Assembly (NCBI GenBank): GCA_963717065.1
Contig: CAVQVC010000001.1
Coordinates: 1,873,001 to 1,937,000, forward strand
Source: an uncultured Chloroflexia bacterium
GTDB taxonomy: Bacteria > Chloroflexota > Dehalococcoidia > SM23-28-2 > RBG-16-64-32
Length of the DNA: 64,000 nt
Direction: 5' to 3'
The notes under the pieces are model-generated. The model was not told where the DNA came from. It did no database searches and was given only the letters and a program-made list of their open reading frames with translations. The translations under genes and the position numbers were made by a program. How positions within the stretch are numbered: position 1 is the first letter of the stretch; each line of letters begins with the position of its first letter. This document shows positions 21,527-29,038 of the stretch, in pieces.

Positions 21527-22315
21527 TCAGAGCGCGGCCAGCCGGTCGAGGTCTTGCATGACCTTTAGCCAGGGCGGGTCACTCTCCTCACTGGAGTTCA
21601 ACAGCTCCTGCAGGTAGGCGAGAGCTCGGCTGATGTTGGGCGGCATGTTGCCCCACAGCCGGTGAATGGCAATGATCCGCTCCAGCTCGTGCGGACCAAC
21701 GGTTGACAGAGCTTCCGTCAGCCATTCCGAAATGGTGATTGTGCCGCTGAGCGGCATCAGTGGGTCGGCCTGGTACATGGGCGGGATCTCCGTGGGCAGC
21801 GGCGCGTCCAGATCCACTTCGGCTGAAGGCTTTCTGAGCTGCCGTTTCACGACCTTTGGTGCCGGCGCATCCTCCGGATCGTCCTCGGCGCCAGTGCCTT
21901 CGTCGCTCGCTTCGATGGGCTCGGGGATCTCTGCTTCTTCCGACGACTCCACGTCCTCAGCTCGGACCACCTCGATGCCATTCGGAAGGGCGGGGGCATC
22001 GTCGGCTGCCTCGGCGTCGCCATCCTCAGCGTCAGTCGCCTCGGATCCGTCCGGGTGCGCGGCCTCATGGGTGTGCGCGGGCACTTCGTGATCACCTTCG
22101 CCGGCGTTCATGGCCTCCTTGGCAACCGCCTCCGATGCCATCGCACGCGCCGTCGTGTTCAGGTCCATGCGGATGAACGCAGACTCGTGCTCCTCGGCCA
22201 ACGGATTGCTCCGCTCGAGGATCACCTCGCGGATATCCAGGAGGACGTTACGTATCTCGGCCTTGAGAACCTTGAACTCGTCTTCCAGTTCCTTGATCTT
22301 GGCGTCGACTTCCAT
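21527..22315 (-). CDS. ArlC/D/E-like archaellum accessory protein (coiled coil, acidic linker, conserved C-terminal domain)
   Basis: 262 aa. N-terminal heptad coiled coil (KIKELEDEFKVLKAEIRNVLLDIREV), an E/D/A/P-rich linker of roughly 110 aa, and a globular C-terminus (WLTEALSTVGPHELERIIAIHRLWGNMPPNISRAL). Sits between the archaellins and arlF, as flaC/D/E do. Family call from memory and synteny. Confidence 0.5.
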   Translation of the reverse strand: MEVDAKIKELEDEFKVLKAEIRNVLLDIREVILERSNPLAEEHESAFIRMDLNTTARAMASEAVAKEAMNAGEGDHEVPAHTHEAAHPDGSEATDAEDGDAEAADDAPALPNGIEVVRAEDVESSEEAEIPEPIEASDEGTGAEDDPEDAPAPKVVKRQLRKPSAEVDLDAPLPTEIPPMYQADPLMPLSGTITISEWLTEALSTVGPHELERIIAIHRLWGNMPPNISRALAYLQELLNSSEESDPPWLKVMQDLDRLAAL

Positions 22316-22352
22316 CTAAATCCCGACCCATCCATCCAAAAGATCCAGCGGC

Positions 22353-22386
22353 GCCGGGCCGCCCGTCTGAGGCAAGACGGCCCGGC
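22353..22386 (-). terminator. GC-rich hairpin between arlB and the accessory genes (possible attenuator)
   Basis: Arms GCCGGGCCG(CC)CGTC / GACGGCCCGGC with an 8-nt loop, just downstream of the arlB stop. A TCTTTTGG tract follows about 9 nt later on the transcript, so this is not a textbook terminator. Confidence 0.3.
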
Positions 22387-22401
22387 TTCGCTGAATGCGG
22401 T

Positions 22402-22995
22402 CTAGTGCAGGTCCATTACGAGGTCGACTTCCGGGGGCATGGTCCGCTCGATCAGGAGCGTTCCACCCTGCGAAGGGACGACCTCAAGCGTGAAGATCTC
22501 GTTCGTGGCCAGCGTCGAACCGGTCGGCGGGTTCACGGTGACCTCGAAGAGCTCACCGTTCTCCAGCAGGTTGTCGCCGTCACCCTGGATCTGGTTGACC
22601 GTGTACGTCGTGTCGGCCACGCGGTCCTGGGCGTCGATGTAGTTGATGACAACCGAGTTGCTGGTCGCCGCCGGGTCAACGAGGACCGGGAAGCCGCCGG
22701 CGGCGTTGGCCAGGTTGAAGATGATCTCGTCGTCATCCCCAATCGTGCCCACCGTCGCGCCGGAGTCCGACACCGTGACGGCGCCGCGGACTTCCAGGTT
22801 GCCCCGAGCCTTCTCCAGACCGGCGAAGACAGTCTCTTTGCCTCGCTCGGCGCTGAACAGACCCGTGCTGAGAACGACGAACGCGAACACCGAAGCGACG
22901 ATCACGAATGCGATTAGAATGATCGCCGTCTCCAGGCCCGTGATTCCGTCCTCGCGCTTGTGAAGCTGGCTAAGCAGCTTGATAAACTTGGACAT
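22402..22995 (-). CDS. arlB: Archaellin (archaeal flagellin) with class III signal peptide, copy 1
   Basis: 197 aa. MSKFIKLLSQLHKREDG|ITGLETAIILIAFVIVASVFAFVVL is the type-IV-pilin-like archaellin N-terminus. Beta-rich C-terminal domain. Confidence 0.9.
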   Translation of the reverse strand: MSKFIKLLSQLHKREDGITGLETAIILIAFVIVASVFAFVVLSTGLFSAERGKETVFAGLEKARGNLEVRGAVTVSDSGATVGTIGDDDEIIFNLANAAGGFPVLVDPAATSNSVVINYIDAQDRVADTTYTVNQIQGDGDNLLENGELFEVTVNPPTGSTLATNEIFTLEVVPSQGGTLLIERTMPPEVDLVMDLH

Positions 22996-23031
22996 TACTT
23001 ACCCCTACTTTCCGTGAGCATCCTGCACGTT

Positions 23032-23616
23032 CTAGTGCAGGTCCATCACTACGTCGACCTCAGGCGGCATGGTGCGCTCGATGAGCAGCGTGCCACCCAG
23101 CGGCGGAACGACTTCGACGGTGAAGGTCTCGTTCGGGTCCAGCGCCCCACCCGGAGCAACGTTCGCCTCGAAAAGCTCACCGTTCTCCAGAAGGTTGTCG
23201 CCGTCGCCCTGGATCTCCGTCACCGTGTACGTTATGTCCGCCGTGCGGGCCTGAGCGTCGATAAAGTTCATGACTACCGAATTGGTCGTGGCAGCCGGGT
23301 CGACCAGGACGGGGAACCCGCCCGCGGCGTTAGCCAGGTTGAACTCAATGTTGTCGGCGGCCGTGATCGTGCCGGACGCGTCTGTGTCCGTCACCGTCAC
23401 CGCACCGCGGACTTCCAGGTTGCCCCGAGCCTTCTCCAGACCGGCGAAGACAGTCTCTTTGCCTCGCTCGGCGCTGAACAGACCCGTGCTCAGTACGACG
23501 AAGGCGAACACCGAAGCGACGATCACGAATGCGATGAGGATGATCGCCGTCTCGAGGCCCGTGATGCCTTCCTCTTTCTTGTTCAGGCTGCCAAGCAGCC
23601 TCAGAAGCTTGCTCAT
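23032..23616 (-). CDS. arlB: Archaellin with class III signal peptide, copy 2 (first gene of the operon)
   Basis: 194 aa. From GITGLETAIIL to RGAVTV it is identical to copy 1. Strong SD AAGGAGGGG upstream of the ATG. Confidence 0.9.
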   Translation of the reverse strand: MSKLLRLLGSLNKKEEGITGLETAIILIAFVIVASVFAFVVLSTGLFSAERGKETVFAGLEKARGNLEVRGAVTVTDTDASGTITAADNIEFNLANAAGGFPVLVDPAATTNSVVMNFIDAQARTADITYTVTEIQGDGDNLLENGELFEANVAPGGALDPNETFTVEVVPPLGGTLLIERTMPPEVDVVMDLH

Positions 23617-24018
23617 CTACCCCTCCTTGGGGAATCTGCCCGCAGGTTGAATTTCTGCGCTGTAGGCGCAGGCCGGCGGGCGCTATCTGCGTGTTTATTT
23701 GGACCTATGCACTTAGACCTGCGATCACCCCTTCCATGTCGGGATTTCTCAATTGAATTTGACGTTATTGACGCGCAAATGTTGCTAATCAGTGCCGTGC
23801 GGCCGACCCAAAACTATGTAATGGGTTAACGAAGGTGTATGGCCGGTTAATTGGCTCTCGTCGCGCCCGTTCCATGTGACGGCCGTGTTAACGCGTGTAA
23901 AACTGTGACCCCCGTCACAGTCGCGGCGTACCCCACAGGGGTATAAAAGAAACCAAGCGAATGCTTAATTAGCGCCCCGATCCTTCCCGCAAGGACGGGC
24001 ACGCGAAAGGAGCGGACA

Positions 24019-24201
24019 ATGTCTTCCTTCATCACAGAAGAGCTGATCTGGGCCACAATCTGCGACCGTCAGGAAGAGGTCCGCCGCGTCCGGCCGCACA
24101 CCGAGCAGCGGCTCCCCTCGGAAGCAGCTTCCACGCCGCCACCGTCCAAGACGGCCGGCCGCCCCTCCTGGCTCTCCCTCCAGCCCTCCCTGAACCGTTG
24201 A
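24019..24201 (+). CDS. Small hypothetical protein (60 aa)
   Basis: Strong SD GAAAGGAG 7 nt upstream of the ATG. No recognisable domain. Coding status uncertain. Confidence 0.3.
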   Translation: MSSFITEELIWATICDRQEEVRRVRPHTEQRLPSEAASTPPPSKTAGRPSWLSLQPSLNR

Positions 24202-24280
24202 TGTCGATTCGCAGACTGTCGGTCGTCGTAGTATTGAGCGGAGACAGCCGCCGGCCGCTCAGCTCAATTAGAGGTGCGCC

Positions 24281-26551
24281 ATGAGTTTTCTTTCCACTGA
24301 ATCAATAGCCCGCGCCAGCGCCCGCCGGCCCTGGACCGGTGGTGGGCATCTGGATCGCCGTGATCGTCGTGTCCGTCGCCGCCATCGCCACCCTCCTCGC
24401 CTCCGGTCTCACCACGAAGGTCGCGCTCACCAATAACCCGGAGTCCGCGCGCGCCGAGAACCTCCTCGAGGATCACCTGCGCGGACCCGAGCCCACGAAC
24501 GAGATCGTTATCGTGCGCTCCGACACCGCCACCGTGAACGACCCGCAGTTCCGCGCTACCGTCGAGGGGCTGTACAGCGATATCTCCGCCCTCGGGCCCG
24601 AGATCGTCGCCGGCGGCACCAATTTCTACCAGTCCAACGACCCTTCCCTCGTGTCCGAGGACCGCCACACCACGATCCTCCCGTTCGTGATGGCCGGCGA
24701 CGAGCAGGAAGCCGAGGACAACATCGGCGAGGTGCTGGACATCGTCGACAACGCCGACGGCAGCACCCGGGCATCGAAGTCCTGATCGCCGGCGGCGCCA
24801 GCCTCGGCGACGAGTTCCAGACCCAGGCCCAGAACGACCTCGAGCGCGGCGAGTCCTTCGGGATACCGATCGCCCTGCTCGTGCTCATCCTCGTCTTCGG
24901 GTCGCTCGTTGCGGCCGGCATGCCGCTCGTTCTCGGCATCCTCGCGATCCTCGTCGCCATCGGCATCTCCGCGCTGCTCGGCCAGGTTTTCCAGCTCTCG
25001 TTCTTCGTCACCAACGTCATCACGATGATGGGCCTCGCCGTCGGCATCGACTACTCGCTGTTCATCGTCTCCCGCTACCGCGAGGAGCGCGGCACGGGCC
25101 TCGACAAAGTACGACGCGATCGCCGCCACCGGCTCCACCGCCAGCCGCGCCGTGTTCTTCAGCGGCATGACGGTCGTCGTCGCGCTGCTGGGCATGCTGC
25201 TCATCCCCTCCACGATCTTCCGCAGCCTCGGCGCCGGCGCCATCATCGTCGTCCTCGTCTCCGTCATCGTGTCGCTGACGCTGCTGCCGGCCATGCTCGG
25301 GCTGCTCGGCGACAAGGTGAACGCGCTCAAGGTGCCGTTCATCGGCAAGGGCGCCGATCGCCGCCGACCACGAGAAGCGCGGCGGCTTCTGGGACCGCGT
25401 CACCGGCGTTGTCATGAAGTTACCCGGTGGTCAGCCTCGTCGCCTCCGCGGCGATCCTGATCGCCCTCGCCATCCCCTACCTCGACATCAACACCGGCTC
25501 CGCCGGCGTCAGCACGCTGCCGGAGAGCCTGCGCGCCCGCCAGGGCTTCGAGATCCTGCAGGACGAGTTCTCCGCCGGTCTCGTGACGCCGGCCGAGATC
25601 GCGATCGACGGCGACGTCAACGGCGACGGCCGTCCAGGGCGGCATCGACCAACCTCGACGCCGATCCTCGCCGAGCACCCGGAGTTCGGGCAGGGCACGT
25701 TCACGGCCAACGAGGACGGCACCGTCGCCCTCTACGCCGTCCCGATCAACGGCGACGCCACCCCAACGAGACGCTGGACTCCGTGCGCGCGCTGCGCGAC
25801 GAGCTACATCCCCGCAGGCGTTCGCAGGCGTCGACGCCGAGGTGCTCGTCGGCGGCGCAGACCGCCGGCGCCATCGACTACATCGACACGACGGCCGACT
25901 ACACGCCGATCGTCATCGGCTTCGTGCTGCTGCCTCAGCTTCGTCCTGCTGACGGTCGTCTTCCGCTCGATCGTCGTGCCGATCAAGGCGATCATCATGA
26001 ACCTGCTCTCGGTCGGCGCCGCCTACGGCATCCTCGTGCTCGTCTTCCAGGAGGGCGTCGGCACCGAGCTCCTCGGCTTCCAGCAGGTGGACATCATCGA
26101 GGCCTGGGTGCCGCTCTGGACGTTCTCGATCCTCTTCGGGCTATCGATGGACTACCACGTCTTCCTGCTCAGCCGCATCCGCGAGCGCTACGACCACACC
26201 GGCGACAACCGGGAGTCCGTCGCCTTCGGGGTGCGCTCGACGGCCGGCATCATCACCGGCGCGGCGCTGATCATGGCCACCGTGTTCGTGGGCGTGGCGC
26301 TGGGCGAGCTCGTGATGTTCCAGCAGATGGGCTTCGGGCTGGCCGTCGCCGTCCTCCTGGACGCGACGATCGTCCGCTCCGTCCTGGTGCCGGCGACGAT
26401 GGTCCTGCTCGGCAAGGCGAACTGGTACCTGCCGAGCTGGCTCAACTGGCTGCCCGACCTGCGCGAGCGGGAAGGCCGCGAAGAGGCGGTCGCCGCGAAC
26501 GGCCAGCCGGCCCAGCAGCGCGGCGCGACAGGAGGGGCCGAAGCCTCGTAG
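24281..26551 (+). pseudogene. MMPL/RND-superfamily membrane transporter, at least 6 frameshifts
   Basis: Homologous blocks are distributed over ORFs 24339.., 24881.., 25152.., 25427..26551 and unlisted pieces. Two 6-TM bundles (e.g. GIDYSLFIVSRYREE and GLSMDYHVFLLSRIRE) typical of MMPL. Confidence 0.8.
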
Positions 26552-26640
26552 GGCGCGGCGAAGGCTGACTACTGACGACTGACAACTGATAACCAACCGG
26601 AGGCCTTGCCCCCCAGGGCCCCCGACCACAACCCCCCGGG

Positions 26641-26670
26641 AAGGGCCCCACGCAGTTGGGGCCCTTTTCC
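26641..26670 (+). terminator. Rho-independent terminator after the MMPL gene
   Basis: 10-bp perfect stem AAGGGCCCCA / TGGGGCCCTT with loop CGCAGT, followed by TTCC. Confidence 0.65.
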
Positions 26671-26716
26671 GTTAGCTGCCCAGCCAGTTGCACAGGGACT
26701 GAGGTAACATTGCTGC

Positions 26717-27034
26717 ATGAAGCTCAACGGTTCCATCGAAGTCGCGGACGAAGCGATCGCCGAGTTCTGCAAGAAGTGGCGGATCACGGAGTTCGCGTTG
26801 TTCGGCTCCGTCCTGCGAGACGACTTCGGCCCCGAAAGCGATGTCGACGTACTGGTCAAGTTTGAGGCTGACGCGCCGTGGACTCTGTTCGACATGGTAC
26901 GGATGGAAGACGAGCTGTCGCGGGTCCTGGACCGCAGGGTTGACCTGATAAGTAAGCGGGCCGTGGAGAACAGCGAGAACTGGATTCGCCGCAAAGCGAT
27001 CTTGAATGCCGCCCGGACCATCTATGCGCGATGA
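26717..27034 (+). CDS. mntA: MntA-type nucleotidyltransferase antitoxin
   Basis: 105 aa. Minimal nucleotidyltransferase motif GSVLRDDFGPESDVDVLV. Overlaps the downstream HepT gene. Confidence 0.85.
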   Translation: MKLNGSIEVADEAIAEFCKKWRITEFALFGSVLRDDFGPESDVDVLVKFEADAPWTLFDMVRMEDELSRVLDRRVDLISKRAVENSENWIRRKAILNAARTIYAR

Positions 27035-27368
27035 CGACGCCACGCTACTGGACCTCGCGGCGGCTTGTCGGTTGGTTCTGGAGTTCAGCGCGGGGTTCGA
27101 CCGCGAGACGTTCCTGCGCGACCGCAAGACCCAGTCCGCAGTGCTCCACCAGTTGCTTCTCCTCGGCGAGGGGGCAAAGCGCCTGTCGGATGAGTTCAGA
27201 GCAGAGCACGGCGCGATCGACTGGAGATCGATCGCCGGCATGCGGGACAAGCTGATCCACCAGTATGATCAGGTGGACATTGAGCAGGTTTGGCTAGCGG
27301 TGGCCGAAGACGTGCCACGCCTCTCGGCCGACCTGGCCCCTCTACTTCCAACCGAGGATAGTGACTGA
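27024..27368 (+). CDS. hepT: HepT (DUF86) RNase toxin
   Basis: Rx4HxY motif present as RDKLIHQY. The ATG at 27024 overlaps mntA by 11 nt (the longest ORF starts at 27006). Confidence 0.85.
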   Translation: MRDDDATLLDLAAACRLVLEFSAGFDRETFLRDRKTQSAVLHQLLLLGEGAKRLSDEFRAEHGAIDWRSIAGMRDKLIHQYDQVDIEQVWLAVAEDVPRLSADLAPLLPTEDSD

Positions 27369-27452
27369 GGGCACGGCCACGTTCTGATTGAAACGGGGTT
27401 CCTTCGCGTTCCCTAAGGACAGGCCCTTCGCGTTGTGGTGAGGGGCGACTCC

Positions 27453-27767
27453 TCAGGGCTGGGGGCCCACGAAGGCGTTGACCCGCCAGACCTTGATCGG
27501 CGCCCGCTCCCCCGTCGACACCGCCATGATCGCCGCCAGCGCCTCCTTGAACGCCGCCGACTCCGGCATCTGCGCCGCCTGCTCCTCCGTCTCCCAGATC
27601 TGGATCATCATTCCGTGGCCGCTCTCCCGGTCCTCGAGGTTCAGCGCTCCCACGAACCCCTCCTGGGCCCGCAGGGCGGGGATCAGCAGCTCGTGGACCA
27701 CGCGGTTCATCTCGTCCCGTTTGTCGGGCGTCGTGCCGCCCTGTACGACCTGTGCGTGCATGTGCAC
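27453..27767 (-). CDS. ABM/Dabb-like (antibiotic biosynthesis monooxygenase fold) small protein
   Basis: 104 aa with a ferredoxin-like pattern (GFVGALNLEDRESGHGMMIQIWETEEQA). Family call tentative. Confidence 0.5.
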   Translation of the reverse strand: MHMHAQVVQGGTTPDKRDEMNRVVHELLIPALRAQEGFVGALNLEDRESGHGMMIQIWETEEQAAQMPESAAFKEALAAIMAVSTGERAPIKVWRVNAFVGPQP

Positions 27768-27829
27768 CTCCTTCGGTTAACGGTCGGTCCTGCCGCAATG
27801 TACCCCGATTGGCTCGTCAGACGACGTTT

Positions 27830-28009
27830 CAATCAACCGGATTTCGTATCTGATTTCTGATTGTTTGCGCGGGGTTGTATCTAAACGTTTGATTGTTGGC
27901 CGGCGAAATCGAAGAAACCAGTGGCCGACAGTGTCTGCGCGGATGCTCGGAGGGCCGGATTTCTTTGATTGATGGACCAACTAGAGAAGGACCGCGAGCG
28001 ATCAATCAG
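27830..28009. repeat. Array of five (T/C)TGATTG motifs plus two CCGGATTTC motifs in a non-coding region
   Basis: TTGATTG or CTGATTG at 27857-63, 27889-95 and 27965-71 (plus orientation), and at 27830-36 and 28003-09 (minus orientation). CCGGATTTC at 27837-45 and 27955-63. TGATTGAT/ATCAATCA inverted pair at 27966-73 and 28001-08. Confidence 0.6.
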
Positions 28010-28149
28010 AGGCCCGCGTCCGGGGGTTGGTGTGGCTGCGAGATAAGGCATCGTGATGGCTCCGGAGGCGGGTCCGCAGACGGCGGGACGGGCCTCCGGG
28101 TACAGGGTAGCGGATCGTGTGGGTGATCTCGAAGGGAATGTGTCAGTAG

Positions 28150-28404
28150 TCAGGTAGCCGACGTGCCGTTCGCCTGCTCCACCAATGTCGGCAACGAGTA
28201 GCCCACCAGGTAGATAAACACGTTGTTTATCGTCTGCCGCTCCGCTTCACCCGCCGCACGATAGAACTCCAACAGCTTCGGCCAGTCGTAGGCATCATCT
28301 GTGATCCATAGCGTGCCGAAGTGGGTTCCGTATCGAGCGTCTTCGTCCTCGAAGTCCGTGTCGGGCGGCAAGTCGCGGGTCATGAAGTCTTGCTCAGTCG
28401 CCAT
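28150..28404 (-). CDS. Acidic hypothetical protein (84 aa), last gene of the McrBC-like operon
   Basis: The ATG is preceded by a GGAGG SD located within the end of the upstream gene (3-nt gap). No recognisable domain. Confidence 0.5.
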   Translation of the reverse strand: MATEQDFMTRDLPPDTDFEDEDARYGTHFGTLWITDDAYDWPKLLEFYRAAGEAERQTINNVFIYLVGYSLPTLVEQANGTSAT

Positions 28405-28407
28405 GGG

Positions 28408-28996
28408 TTACCTCCATGGAAACGGAACTAATGCCTTCAACAAGTCGCGGAGGGCAAGGACCCGAGGAACGGGCGATTGACGTCCCAGGTTCCCGACCGG
28501 TCGATGCCTGCGATCAGATTCGAATCTCTCGATTTCGTCCATAACCAGATCGCCTTCCCAACGACAATCGTGCCAGTCAACGTCATCGGTCGTCTTGAAC
28601 ACCGCATAGATGTAGTCCTGTTCTTTCGCACTGGAGCGGTCCCAGGCGGTGAGTGCGGACGTCGCCCGCATTCGCGACAGGATGGTGCGCACACCGGCTC
28701 TGGTGTGCACCTGAAAACCAGGTTCAGTGAGCAAGATCAAGCCCGGAGCTACCGCGCCACGGTGGGAGCGCAGGAGGATGTCGACGCACCCCTGAAATAT
28801 CGGGATGAACATGCAACGACCCGCGTCGGTCTCCCAGTCGGACGAAGGCTATGCCCTCCGTCATTCGCGCGAGCTCGACTTGCTCGGGATACTCGTACCA
28901 AGCGACCAGCACCATGTGTTCGGCGGGTGGCAACGCGCGGTACTCGCGTCCGAACAGTTCGTCTATCTCTTCTAATGCCTGCCGCGCCGTAGCCAA
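28408..28996 (-). pseudogene. Hypothetical protein, probably one ~195-aa gene split by a frameshift near 28815-28850
   Basis: ORFs 28724..28996 and 28408..28812 overlap. The downstream frame stays open upstream of its ATG (..SSDWETDAGRCMFIPIF..), consistent with a single gene. No domain recognised. Confidence 0.4.
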
Positions 28997-29038
28997 CGGG
29001 AGGCTCCTTCAATCTATAGGCGTCGCCAATGTGATATG

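Noticed and set aside
23674-23697. Sigma28/FliA-like promoter (TAAA-N16-GCCG) upstream of the archaellin gene
   Set aside because: Only the first four bases of the -10 element match (GCCGgcct versus GCCGATAA) and the spacing is off by one. This is too weak to call, so it is kept only as a hypothesis within the control-region finding.
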